This document shows positions 1 through 11,753 of a DNA stretch of 62,000 nucleotides, one piece after another. Position 1 is the stretch's first letter. Every line of letters starts with the position of its first letter. The notes under the pieces were generated by a model. That model did no database searches and was not told the DNA's origin. It saw nothing but the letters and a program-made list of their open reading frames with translations. Both the position numbers and the translations under genes were made by a program. This DNA comes from Octopus vulgaris (taxonomy: Eukaryota): the NCBI GenBank assembly GCA_951406725.2, contig OX597821.1:102382001-102444000 (forward strand), in the 5' to 3' direction.

Positions 1-1005
1 ATGCTCTTCAACAGAAAGGAACACGAGGAAATAAACAGAGAGAGAATTAAAAAAAACTTGTAGAGTTAGTCAATCATGGTGACTGGTTGGACAAAGGTGG
101 TTAGACAGGAGAGCTAGGAAGAAGGGGAGATAATAAAGTACTGGTGATCCCCAAACGACAGTGCATGTGGATAGGAGCTGGTGACTTTGATGTGTGGATG
201 TGTAAGTATGTGCATCTGTAATGTGTGGGTGTATGGATGATGGTGTGGGTGCTGGGAAGTGGTCAGTGCTAGTTTGTGCAGAGTGGTGTGTGGGGGTGAA
301 TGGAGAGGGTATCAACGAAGGGAGAAGGTGAGTAGGGGTGAAGAGAGGAAAGGGAGTCAGATGAAAAGGGGAGGGGAGTTGAGCCCATGTGGTGCAAAGG
401 AGCAAAGAGAGATGATTAATTCCTGTTCATGGCAAAGGCAGGAGTCTAGATGGCCCCAATACAAAGACAATACGAACACAGACAGATGTAATGAATGACC
501 GGTAGAGCGGAAATGGCATGAGACCAGGGTGTCAATGGCGAGTCCAATGTCTTGGATGTGTTCTGTAAACTGGTCAGCCAAGTGTTGTTCCATTTGATTG
601 GTATACAGTGAAGGACAGAAAGAGGAGATGCAGTAAATGACGTTGCTAGAAGTGCAGGTAAAGGAGTCTGATATGATAGGGGCAATGATGGGTGCCTGTG
701 AGGATGGTGGTGTTGGAGAGGTAGGGGCAAGTGCAGCAGTGTGGGTGGGAGGAGGGGGTGAGGCAGGTTGGGAGGTGGGAATAGGGAGGAAACTGGACCA
801 GGAGGCCACGTAGGTTGTGGGCTTGTTTGAAGGAGGGAAGGGGTAGGTCGGAGAAGATGTGCAAAGTGGAGGGGTTGGACTAGAGTCACCAGAAGGCTTG
901 GAGATGGTGCGTTGGAGGGGAAGGGCAGAGGGGTGGTAGGTGAGGGGAAATGGGAGACAGGCAACAGCGGCGCAGATGTGAGCAGAGAGAGCAGAGGCAT
1001 GGTCC
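1..1005 (-). mobile_element. Penelope-like retroelement, 3' part (degenerate GIY-YIG endonuclease region plus terminal-repeat end running off the window)
   Basis: Frameshifted minus-strand peptides LPLTYHPSALPLQRTI / HIFSDLPLPSFKQAHNLRGLL / TCPYLSNTTILTG / SFTCTSSNVIYCIS...LADQFTEHIQDI...VSCHF...HEQELIISL...APHGLN match the C-terminal linker and GIY-YIG domain of Penelope-like elements. Bases 1-80 match the dispersed terminal fragment at 30188-30372. Confidence 0.9.
357..700 (-). pseudogene. Degenerate GIY-YIG endonuclease of the Penelope-like element
   Basis: FTCTSSNVIYCIS, RL(HL)ADQFTEH, EQELI and PHGLN motifs in ORF 357..1067; the YIG motif has decayed to YTN. Confidence 0.85.
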
Positions 1006-1959
1006 GTGGAATTCTGCCAAGCATCTTGCCAGGCATGATAACAATTCTGCCAGCTCTCCATCTTCAACTTAATCTTTTGATAAATTCGAGTGATGTTTCT
1101 CTGTCCATTATGTTTTTTTGTTCATTAACTCCTCCTAGAATGTTGGCGTAAAGACAACGAAACTCAGATCAGCAGTTTCCCTAATCCCAGAGAGTGTCCA
1201 AAGGGGGTCTATTATTTTAAGGGCCCTACTGACCCCACTATTTTTACTTCATTTTAAACTAAATATATGGTACTGGCGACTGAATCAGAGCAATGACAAT
1301 GAATTTCATACCATGAAATCCCAGGGAGGGCCATTTAACTAGGGCCCCACTGACCCCCACTTTTTTAATGCATTTCCCTTGCTACTACACTTATTGATTA
1401 AACTATGATCAGTATCAGTGCTTAGCACAATTGCAGAAATAAGTTTGGGCATTCTAAATACCTTCACACACATTCAAATTGAGATAAAGAGTTATAACAG
1501 GTATATTTCATGTGTAGCAGTGTGGATATGTATATTTTGTGGTTTATGATACTTATGTCTAGGTGGAAGACTAAATTTCCTGTTCCGGTTACAGTATCTC
1601 CCTAAAAAGTTGTAATAGAAGATAGAAGGAGATTGAGATGAAATGGATCCTATTCATTTTATCTCAATCTCATTTTAATATTTTTTTTGGAAATGATGAA
1701 GCGATGGAAAAATTATGATAGCAACATTTCACTTGCTTAGAACGAATGGAGGTTCAAGTTTAAAACTATGAAGCGAATTAATTACTATAGTGGATTTAGA
1801 AGCACATGTAACTCCGTGAAAGTGTTGCAAACTTTCAATGTGAGAATAAAAAAAAAAAAAACATAAACAAAAAAAAAACAAACATAGAAAATGGATACCA
1901 GAGGCCTTAAAGATGCCCTCCGCAGGATCTAGCCTGAATGCTGCTCGAAGGACGGCTTC

Positions 1960-2087
1960 AAATTTTGGGGGAGGGGACTAGTTGATTACATCAATCTCAG
2001 CGGAATCTGAACTCAGAACGTAGTGGTAGATGAAATACTGCTAAGCATTTTGCCAGGCGTGCTAATGATTCTGTCAGTTTGCTGCCT
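1960..2087 (-). mobile_element. tRNA-headed SINE family A, partial
   Basis: Matches the other copies (ctgccagc...gctaagcattt...gaactcagaac). Confidence 0.75.
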
Positions 2088-2186
2088 TTAATAATAGTAA
2101 TAATAATAATAATAATTGTTACAAATTTTGGCACAAAGTCAGCATTTTTAGCGGGAGGGGTTAGTTGATTAATTTTAATAAATAGG

Positions 2187-2543
2187 TGCAAACGTGGGTT
2201 TTTCGGTAAGGTTTGCTTCTCAGCTGCATGGTTCCCAGTTCAGTCCCACTGCGTGGCACCTTTGGAAAGTATCTTCTACTATAGCCACAGACCAACCAAA
2301 CCCTTGTGAGTGGATTTGGTAGACGGAAACTATAAGAAACTTGTCATATATACACATATGTGTGTGTGCGTCCCGTCCCCCACCTGACAAGTGGTGACGG
2401 CTTGTTAATGTCCCCTATTTCAGAGGTCTGGAAAAAGAAACAGGATATTAGGCTTAAAAATATATAATGGGTCAATCTGTTCGACTAAAACCCTTCAAGG
2501 CGGAGGCCTCAGTCATAACTGAAACAAGTAAAAGGGTGAAAAG
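2187..2543 (+). mobile_element. tRNA-headed SINE family B with central microsatellite
   Basis: gttcagtcccactgcgtggcacc...gtggatttggtagacggaaac...(TG)n...gactaaaacccttcaaggcgg...gaaacaagtaaaag. Confidence 0.85.
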
Positions 2544-2868
2544 GCGAAGTCACTCCCAGTCGAGTTTTGAACTGAGAAACCTAAGTGTCCCCTCACTCAC
2601 TTCCCACAACAACTACAAACGTTTTCTTACATAATTCCACACGATGCTGCTCAATTAATCGAGGAAATCTCATAACGTTTACTCTCCACTTAAGTTACAA
2701 GTTTCAATAAAAGAAAAAGAGAACAGAATAAAGGGAAGACACAGATTTGTGATTAATTACGAGTTGCTTCCCTTGTCCTCCATTTACTTTACAACATGGA
2801 AAAAAATGTGAAGTCGACGAGAGCGCGTCGACGTTGTTGAACTTGCTAGAAATAGCAACTAAAACTAC

Positions 2869-2967
2869 CTTAAATCATTTTTTTTAACGTCTTAAAAATA
2901 TTATGTAGGATAATGTAATTCTGGTTTTCTAATGTACTTGAAGGTCTTATGTAGTCGTTCGACCAAG
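2869..2967 (-). other. Candidate exon (tttcatttcag acceptor; AAG|gtagtt donor)
   Basis: Splice signals; spliced to 3054-3104 it reads NKEYAHHRFLGITLNTSLVERLHKTFKYIRKPELHYPT*. Confidence 0.3.
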
Positions 2968-3053
2968 CTGAAATGAAAGTCAAATCACATCCTGCGCCTG
3001 TTTTTTTTTTTTTTATTTTAAAGAAAAACGGTGAAGGCAAAGAATACACATAC

Positions 3054-3104
3054 CTGGTGTTTAGGGTTATGCCCAAAAACCGGTGGTGTGCGTATTCTTT
3101 ATTC
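3054..3104 (-). other. Candidate exon (T-run acceptor; CAG|gtatgt donor)
   Basis: Minus strand: long T-run + cacggag|...CACCAG|gtatgt, then an 86-nt intron ending tttcatttcag. Confidence 0.35.
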
Positions 3105-3339
3105 CTCCGTGAAAAAAAAAAAAAAAAAAAAAAAAAACCCGAAGTAAGATTACATTAGTAGTCCTAGATATTCTGCCCGAGTAAAAGACGAAATAATCAT
3201 TACGACTAATATTACTGATGCGTTGCTTACAATGAGAATGATAGAGTCAAAATGCTATCAAACAAGAAGGGGCTTGACATAAGAATAAGAAAAGAAGAGA
3301 GAAAAAAATGTTATCTACAATAATAATTTAATATTTTGG

Positions 3340-3735
3340 TACAAGGGCACCCAATTCCGGAGGAGGGTTTAAGTTGATTACATCGACCCCCCCAGTGTTC
3401 AACTGGTACTTAATTTATCGATCATGAAAGGATGAAAGGCAAAGTCAATCTCAGCGGAATTTTGAACTCAGAACGTTAAGACAGATGAAATGTCGCTAAG
3501 CATTTTCCCCAGCATATTAAGCCCACTACCTTAATAATAATAATAATGATAATAATTTCCAATTCTGGCTCAAGATTAGCAATTTCAAGGGAGGGGGTAA
3601 GTCGATTACACCGACCCCAGTGTTCAACTGGTACTTATTTTATCGGCTCCAAAAGGATGAAAGGCAAAGCTGACCTCAGCAGAAATTTGCCTTTCATTTC
3701 TTCAGGGTCAACGAAATAAGTACCAGTGAAACAGT
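3340..3735 (-). mobile_element. Tandem SINE family A copies
   Basis: Two to three copies of aggatgaaaggcaaagtc...ggtacttaatttatcg separated by (AAT)n. Confidence 0.8.
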
Positions 3736-3744
3736 AATTGAGCT

Positions 3745-3803
3745 GTACTTTTTGGTTATCTCACCCCCATTAAAAATTTTGGGGTGAGATAACCAAAAAG
3801 TAC
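3745..3803. repeat. Perfect 23-bp inverted repeat, 13-nt spacer
   Basis: gtactttttggttatctcacccc (3745-3767) / ggggtgagataaccaaaaagtac (3781-3803). Confidence 0.95.
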
Positions 3804-3942
3804 CGAGCTGTAGTTGTCAGGTACATGGTTTGATCTGAGATCGTGCATTGAAACTGAAGTAACTGTACAAAGGAAGAGATATTTTAGTCATTTAACCCTT
3901 TTATTATCTGTATATCTTTTTATGTAATATATAATTGATTAT

Positions 3943-4370
3943 AGGGTGGCAAGCTGGCAGAATTGTTAGCATGCTGGGCGAAATGCTTAACGGTATTTCG
4001 TCTGCCGCTATGTTCTGAGTGAAAATTCCGCCGAGGTCGACTTTGCCTTTCATCCTTTCGGGGTTGATTAAATAAGTACCAGTTACGTACTGGATCGATG
4101 TAATCGTCTTAATCCCTTTGTCTGTCCTTCTTTGTCCCCTCTATGTTTAGCCCATTGTGGGCAATAAAGAACTAAGAAACGTTAGCATGCCAGGCGAAAT
4201 ACTTAGTGGTATTTCAGCTGTCTTTACGTCATGAGTTCAAATTCCAAAGTCGACTTTGCCTTTCATCCTTTTGGGGTCGATAAATTAAGTCCCAGTTGTG
4301 TACAGGGATCGATCAAATCAACTGGCTCCTTTCCCCCAAATTTCGGGCCTTGTGCCTAGAGTAGAAAACC
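3943..4370 (+). mobile_element. Two tandem SINE family A copies; the first is full length with the ...cccattgtgggcaataaag tail
   Basis: ggtggcaagctggcagaattgttagc...gttctgagtgaaaattccgccgaggtcgactttgcctttcatcc. Confidence 0.9.
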
Positions 4371-4825
4371 ATATATCTGTTACTGACTTTGTTTCAATTA
4401 ATTCCAAAAATAATGAAGGATTTAGTAAATGACAATGACAAATTATCCTTTCACAAAAGGATAATCTGTCATTTATTAGGCTGGTATTTGGGGCATAAGT
4501 TAAATTTTTAAACAGAATGTTTGTATCATAGAAACAGAAAGCTTAGGTTTTTACAGACAGGTAAGTTTACTTTTGGTTTATTTTTAAAAAATTTATTAAT
4601 ACTTGGGTGACTAATCATTGACACAATTCCACTACAATAAGAAATAGAGCATTTGCTCTATTAATGAAAAGAAAAAAAAAAAGCATGTACAAAAACGTAA
4701 TAGGTCTCCTATGAGGCATAATGCATAATCTAGAATAAAAGAAAGTTATGTATTGCTCAACCGAGCAATACACAACTTTCACAGTATATATTCTATGTAA
4801 TTACCTCCCAATATGATAAAAGCTT

Positions 4826-5030
4826 AAGGTGGTGAGCTGGCAGAATCGTTAGCATGCCGAGCGAAATGCTTAGCGGTATTTTGTCTGCCATTACATTTTG
4901 AGTTCAAATTCTGCAGAGGTTGACTTTGCCTTTCATCCTTTTGGGGGGTCGATTAAATAAGTACCAGTTACACACTGGGGTTGTTTGTCCCCTTTATGTT
5001 TAGCCCCCTGTGGGCAATAAAGAAATAAAT
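4826..5030 (+). mobile_element. SINE family A, full length
   Basis: ggtggtgagctggcagaatcgttagc head; cccctgtgggcaataaagaaat tail. Confidence 0.9.
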
Positions 5031-5304
5031 ATGATAAAAGCTTTCACAATAAACAGGAGCAACACTAAAATGATGCAAGAAACAAACAGACTTCAGAAAG
5101 AAGCAGACCAGGTTTGTACTATGACATTATTGAAGACAAAATGATAATGAAGATTTATGATGATGAGGATAATTTGGAGCACAAAGTATGATAAAAAATA
5201 TGAACAAAATCATAAAAGCCATACCAGGTTAACTCATAAAATTGTAACCCAATAATGTAACAACCTATACAACAAAAACGTTACACTGGTGGTTCCTAAA
5301 CCTA

Positions 5305-5700
5305 TTTTGTTACTCTTACTCTCTTTTAACTCTTTTATTTGTTTCAGTCATTTGACTGCGGCCATGCTGGAGCACCGCCTTAAGTCGAGTAAATCGACCC
5401 CAGGACTTATTCTTTGGAAGCCTAGTACTTATTCTCTCGGTCTCTTTTGCCGAACGGCTAAGTTAATGGGAAGTAAATACACTACCATCAGTTGTAGAGT
5501 GATGTTGAGGGTCAAACAGACACACAAACATATACACACACATACATATATACGACAGGCTTCTTTCAGTTTCTGTCTACTAAATCCACTCACAAGGCCT
5601 TGATTGACCCGAGGCTATAGTAGAAGACACTAGCCCAAGGTGCCAAGCAGTGAGAATGAACCCAGAACCATGTGGTTGGTAAGCAAGCTACTTACCACAT
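5305..5700 (-). mobile_element. SINE family B, full length
   Basis: Reverse complement of the family B sequence from head (gtggtaagtagcttgcttacc) to tail (gaaacaaataaaagag). Confidence 0.9.
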
Positions 5701-5989
5701 GGAACTTTTATACAATTTTCCCAAAAATTGTGGAACTCATACTGCATTTTACAGACACTCCCCACCACTCTCATTTTGAAATGACATTAAATGAAACCAT
5801 ACTGTTTTACAGTTGACACATTTATTTATATATGTTTATATATATATATGAAAGGATCTTTGGATGCGGGGCCTGACTGAGGAAATAACAAGGGATTGGC
5901 AGATGATTTGAGAAGACATGTCAAACTAAGTAAAACTGTTGTTTTCCACTCATACAAGCTTGTCTTTTCAGGGGACAGTGCCACATAAA

Positions 5990-6198
5990 AAGCACCTATG
6001 TTGGTGCAGCAAAAGCACGCCCATGCTGGTGCCACGTAAAAGGCATCCAAGCACACTGTCAACTGGTTGGTGTTAGGAAGGGCATCCAGCCATAGAAACC
6101 ATGCCACAACAGACAATTGGAGTTTGGACAGCTCCCAGCTGGCCAGCTTCAGGTCAAACCGGCCATTCCAGCATGGGAAATGGACGATTATGATGATG
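5990..6198 (+). mobile_element. RTE LINE 3' UTR family (C) with (GAT)n tail
   Basis: aaaagcacc repeats, ggaagggcatccagc, cagcatgggaaatggacg, gatgat tail. Confidence 0.8.
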
Positions 6199-6482
6199 TT
6201 GATGGAATCTCCTGTTCATGACAAATAATGAGTGTTCAGTTTTTGCTGAATGACCTAAATGTAGGTACTGTACAGCAGCTCAATACCTACATCAAATTGA
6301 CATTACCTTTACAGGTGCACAAGTGTTCCACATGTGATATGTCGGAATGATCGCAGAGCAAAGTGAGACGGAGTGCTTTGTTCAAGAATGCAACATGCTG
6401 CCCAATCTGGGAATCAAAATCCATGATTTAGGGATTGTGGGTGCAACACCCTAACCACTAGGTATCACACTTCATGCATACA

Positions 6483-6815
6483 TATGTATTCTCTTTTCCT
6501 TGTTTCAGTCACTTGACTGTGGCCATGCTGAAGCACCGCCTTTTTAGTCAAAGAAATCGACCCCAGGACTTATTATTTGTAAGTGTGGTACTTATTCTAT
6601 CGGCCTCTTTTGCTGAACCGCTAAGTTACGGGGATGTAAACACATCAACATTGGTTGTCAAGTGACAACACACACACAAATATATATATATATGATAGGC
6701 TTCTTTCAGTTTCCATCTACCAAATCCACTCATAAGGTGCTACACAGTGGGACTGAACCCAGAATCATATGGTTGGGAAGCACCCTTCTTACCACACAGC
6801 CATTCCTGTGCCTAC
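6483..6815 (-). mobile_element. SINE family B
   Basis: Family B sequence in reverse orientation. Confidence 0.85.
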
Positions 6816-6939
6816 ATGTGTGTGTGTGTGTATAAGGTTGATTTTTTATATCTTTTTTAGGATTGCTTGAAGCTCACTAACTTCCTGCACCTTGATCCTT
6901 GGATCTCACCTTCACACACACAAACATACACAGTTTAAA

Positions 6940-7073
6940 TGTACAGAAAACAAAAGAGGGAACAACAAGCAGGTGTATTAGTTTTATGCTCAGGAAGAAT
7001 GGAAAAGTTTTTGATGTTTTGAAAGGGATGAGAGGAAACAAATGAAGAGAGAGAAAAAATGTGTTGGGATATG

Positions 7074-7080
<7 letters not shown>
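6940..7080 (-). mobile_element. Penelope-associated terminal fragment next to (TA)n; hammerhead-like core deleted
   Basis: gtgtattagttttatgctcaggaag aligns with 30244-30266 but lacks the gagcctatgctcttctacag segment. Confidence 0.6.
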
Positions 7081-7130
<50 letters not shown>

Positions 7131-7257
7131 GTGTATATATATATATGAAACTTCACTAAAGTAATTTATACTTATGTGTGTGCATATGTATATATAAAAC
7201 AATAATGTATTGTTTTGAAGGTGACTTTTTTTTATATATAAATAATTAAATTTAATT

Positions 7258-7430
7258 AACTCTCGGAGTTGTTGGCGTTAGGAAGGGCATCCAGTTGGAG
7301 AAACTCTGCCAGATCAAGATTGAAGCCTGGAGCAGCCATCTGGCTTGCCAGCCCTCAGTCAAATTGTCCAACCCATGCTAGCATGGAAAGTAGACATTAA
7401 ACGACGATGATGATGCTGATGATGATGATA
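7258..7430 (+). mobile_element. RTE 3' UTR family C
   Basis: ggcgttaggaagggcatcc...catgctagcatggaaag...(GAT)n. Confidence 0.9.
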
Positions 7431-7726
7431 TCTTATCTCAGAGAAACAAGTATTCTTTCACAAAATCCACTCAGGGACACATTGCTCAACACAGCTATCA
7501 CCCAACATAACAGCAAAATGCACATTCTATATACAGATACAAAGACAAACACTAAAACACTGGCAACAAAACAAATATCACAACAAATGCAAAACAAATG
7601 CAGTCAACTAATACAATTCCACAACCCTTAAAAGATGAAACTGCATGCCTCAGGAATAAGAAGCTGTACCAGGAGGTGCAGTAGAAGCTTGCATAAAACT
7701 GTTGATGACATAATAATAACAGTTTG

Positions 7727-7945
7727 TAAGGTGGCAAGCTGGCAGAAACTTTAGCACGCAGGGCGAAATGCTTAGTGATATTTCGTCTGTTTTAACGTTC
7801 TGAGTTAAAATCCTGCTGAGGTTGACTTTGCCGTTCATCTTTTCAGAGTCAACAAATTAAGTACCAGTTGCATACTGGAGTCGATCTAATTGACTGGCCC
7901 CACCTCCTCCAAAATTTTGGGCCTTGTGCCTAGATTAGAAAAGAA
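7727..7945 (+). mobile_element. SINE family A
   Basis: gtaaggtggcaagctggcagaaac head; gggccttgtgcctag tail variant. Confidence 0.85.
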
Positions 7946-8149
7946 TAATAATAGCTTGTAATATAAGCATTAGGCCTGAAATTTGGAGGAAGGAGTTAGT
8001 TGATTAAATGGACCCCATTATTTGAGAGGTATTTGTTTATTTTACCAATTCAAAATCGATGAAAGGCAAAGCTGATCTTGGAAAGATTTGAACTTGGATT
8101 ATAAAGATCCAGAACAAATATCACAAATGTGATGCTTTGATGTGCTTGA

Positions 8150-8448
8150 GAAGACTTGTCAAACCAAGTGAAATCAAAGTTACAGCTAGTGCCAGTGACA
8201 CGTAACCAATTCCATTCCGGTGACACGTAATGCACCTGTGCAGGTGATATGCGAAAGCATGCATACCAATGATTATGTAAAAACGCCCGAGCCAGTGACA
8301 CATAGAAGGCACCCACTAAACTCTCGGAGTGGTTGGCATTAGGAAGGTCATCCAGCCATAGAAATCAGGCCAAATCTTCAGCTTACCAGCTCCAGTCAAA
8401 CTGCCTAACCCATGCCAACTTGGAAAACAAATGCTAAATGATGATGAT
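8150..8448 (+). mobile_element. RTE 3' UTR family C
   Basis: VNTR-like body, ggttggcattaggaagg, (GAT)n tail. Confidence 0.75.
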
Positions 8449-9131
8449 AATTGACACTATCACCACCAGATGAGAGGACTACAGTATTTCCCTGGTACAT
8501 TATTTTATTGGCACTTGAAGAGTGAAAAGTAAATTTGACCTTAAATGACAATGGTATTAATCATAATAATATTCATGATAATGATAATAATGATATTAAA
8601 TAAAAATCGAATATCTTTTTTTCAACCTCACCACAACAATATTTCCATTTGTCTGAATATTTATTTGCATATTTGTAAAAGCACTCTGGACGGAAAAAGT
8701 CAAAGGCTGACCCCCACAAACGTTCAAACATATACACCCACGTAAATATATAAATTATATATGATGTATATATATATATATTATATACACACAAATCCAC
8801 ATACAAATACCCTCTAATATCTATGTGTATGTGTACACGCAAAAACACACACACACATATATATATATATATAATAGTTGTCATTTAATGAAAAAATAAA
8901 AAAACAAAAATATAACAACAGTCCATTAATTGGCTGAAATAATTGAATAATATCATGTGTGTGTGTATATATATGTATGTATATAACTTTTCAAAGTGGA
9001 TGGAAAAAGGATGAATAATGAATACAGTGCAGAGACCTCCTTGCCATCTCCCATACTTTGCTAACAGCAAACGGAACAAGAATTGATAATATCATACCAC
9101 CACCACTACCATCACAACACATTTTATTATG

Positions 9132-9258
9132 TCATGACAACCTCCGCACCCCAAAGTCTGTTTCCCATTTTTGTTGTGCTGTTATTTCTGATGACATCAA
9201 TGCCTGAACACAAGCTGGCAACAATAAGTTGTCGACATTTGGAAAGCTCCTGACTGAC
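9132..9258 (-). CDS. Candidate terminal coding exon, product unidentified (SVRSFPNVDNLLLPACVQALMSSEITAQQKWETDFGVRRLS*)
   Basis: Unique-sequence open frame ending in TGA after AG acceptors, followed by repeat-poor UTR-like sequence with AATAAA (minus) near 8660; no homologue recognised. Confidence 0.3.
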
Positions 9259-10439
9259 TTAGTAAATAATGGAAATATAATATACTTAGGTGAAACAACA
9301 ACAGACAAACTGCAGCAGCACCAATAGTGAAAACAAAAACAGCAACAGCTGAGAAGAGAGAGAGGAGGGAGGAGAGAAAGGAGAGCGAGGAAGGGTGGTG
9401 GTGGTGGTTGATAGCTTTTGAAGTAAAACAAGGATAAATGTCAGAAAATATGATTGGGCTTGAATTATTACGCTTGCAAAACAATTGCTTGTACATTATT
9501 TATTTACCTAGCCATTATGGAAAAAAAAAAAAAAAAAAAAAAAAAGAAAAGAAAAAGAGAAAAAGATCCTTGTCATTGACAACTTGGTTAATCAGTAACA
9601 AGTAATTAATAGCTATGTTACGTCTCTGAATATTTACTAGCATAAATGCATGTAGCTGTGAGAGTGTGTATGTTTCTCTACGATTGTTGCATATATGCCT
9701 GTGTCATAAAATGTGTGTGTATATACATGCATGTGTCTAGAGTGAACAGAGGTTAAGCAGAGAAGTGAGGACTCTTTGGCTTTGCAGCAGACAAGGCAAC
9801 ACCTCTCATGGTGGTGCTGTAATAAAATGCACCCACAGCAGACTCAATGAAATCGTTGGTGTTACAAAGTCATCCAGACATAGAAACCACACAAAATAAA
9901 ACAGACAAGCGAGATGCAGTTCTCTGACCTGGATAAGATCTGCATTGGTCTGTGATGCCCATCCACTCCACACCAGCATCGAAAGCAGGTTGTATGAGTA
10001 TGATGGTGATGATGACAATGATGGTCATACAGCTGGTCATAAATATATAATCAAGTATACACACATACATATGCAACTACACAGGCAAATAAACACACGC
10101 AAACATAATCATGTACACATGCAAGGACATATTCATCTAGTTACCCACTGTTAGGAAAACCAGAGACTTTCTGCTCTGGGCACAATAAATAAATACATAA
10201 ATGAATATATAAAATTTCCATACTTGTGTATTTTTATGAATTCGTAATTATTCTCTGCATATCCAAGTATTTTATGATTTGCTTAGGTATAGCAATACTA
10301 ATAACTGGTTGCTACAATGCAATATGTTTATGCTTTAAAATATGAGTAGGTGTTTTACATGCATACCTGCCTGCCTGCCTATATATATATTTATATGTTT
10401 CAGCCCAAGGTGCCACACAGTGGGACTGAACCTCCAACT

Positions 10440-10950
10440 ACATGGTTCTGGGTTCAGTCCCATTGCATGGCATTTTGAGCAAGTGTCTTCCTTGAGAGTG
10501 GATTTGTCAGATGGAAACTGAAAGAAGCCTGTTATGTGTACATATATATATATATATATCATCATCATCGTTTAACGTCCGCTTTCCATGCTAGCATGGG
10601 TTGGACGATTTGACTGAGGTCTGGCGAACCAGATGGCTGCACCAGGCTCCAATCTGATCTGGCAGAGTTTCTAAAAGAGCGTTGTCAGAGTTCGCTATGG
10701 GGAGTTGAACCCCGCATCCCTGAGACTGGTTGAGTGTCCTGACCATTAAGCTAAACAGCTGTCTCCTCTCATCATTGCTTGACAACTGGTGTTGATGTGT
10801 TTACATCCCTGTAACTTAGCGGTTTGTCGAGACCAATAGAATAAGTAGTAGGTTTAAAAATAAGACCTGGGGTTGAATTGTTTGACAAAAACATTTTAAG
10901 TTGGTGCTCCAGTATGGCTACAGTCTAATGACTGAAACAAGTAAAAGAAT
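10440..10950 (+). mobile_element. SINE family B interrupted at its central (TA)n by a family C copy (minus) and a tRNA-like fragment
   Basis: B 5' half 10440-10540, C ~10560-10675, B 3' half resumes ~10765. Confidence 0.85.
10694..10759 (-). pseudogene. Degenerate tRNA-like fragment
   Basis: GCTGTTTAGCTTAATGGTCAGG...GGGG-TTCAACT-CCCC-ATAGC: A-box-like D arm and a T arm, but no proper anticodon stem. Confidence 0.45.
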
Positions 10951-11466
10951 ATGTGTGTGCGTGTATAGACACACAGAAACACACACATGGTAATTCAGAC
11001 GTTGCTTTAGCATTTAAATGACATATAAATTTCTAATTTTCATACTGTTACAATTTTTACATTTCTTTATTCATTGTTAATACTGTCGCTGCTATTTTGT
11101 TCTGGATATCTTTCGATATGCATATTGTTTCACATATTTTAAACAAATGCCAAGAGGATGTTAATTCTCTTAAAAGCAGTCAGTCGTACATGTTCAAAGG
11201 ATGTTGAAACAAGAAATAGATTGGAATTCTGCTAACCATGTTTCAAATGATTTAATGCTATAAAGCTCAGGCAAAGACTTGCTCAAGTCGGAGAGGCCAA
11301 ACAGCTTCAGTGAAACACAGCCACCTGGTGGAGCCCTCCATTTACTTGACTTCCAAATGAAAGGATCTATTTGTCAACTTTAACCAAGGAGGGATCTATT
11401 TGTTCACTTTAGCTAAGTCCTTGCTATCAGTGCTAAAACCTGGTGTATATAAAAAAAGCTTTTGAA

Positions 11467-11504
<38 letters not shown>

Positions 11505-11753
11505 AAATGATCATCATCATCCTCTTTTCCATGCTCACATGGTTTGGGCAGAATTTGCTGAAGCAAATTTTCTAGGGTCAGATGCCCTTCCTAACTTATT
11601 TCTAAGTAAGGTAACATTTCCACAAGACCAGACATGCCACAGAAGAATGGAGCTTATCACAAAGCCACACCTTTATATATATATATATATACACACACAC
11701 ATATATATACATGCACACACACTTTATTGTTAATTGCCATGTATATATGTGTA

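Larger units (their letters stand above)
2540..3240. promoter_or_regulatory. CpG-retaining, repeat-poor block (candidate promoter / 5' region)
   Basis: Many intact CpGs (gtcgacgagagcgcgtcgacg, gtcgttcgac, ccggtgg, cctccgtg) compared with the CpG-depleted surroundings. Confidence 0.45.

Noticed and set aside
446-1036. Pro/His-rich ORFs overlapping the Penelope element
   Set aside because: Alternative frames of low-complexity G-rich TE sequence; the first ~20 codons derive from a SINE A fragment.
4516-4560. 45-nt + exon candidate with CAG|gtaagt
   Set aside because: It lies in what appears to be a decayed MITE-type repeat (4375-4545, from recall); the acceptor is repeat-derived.
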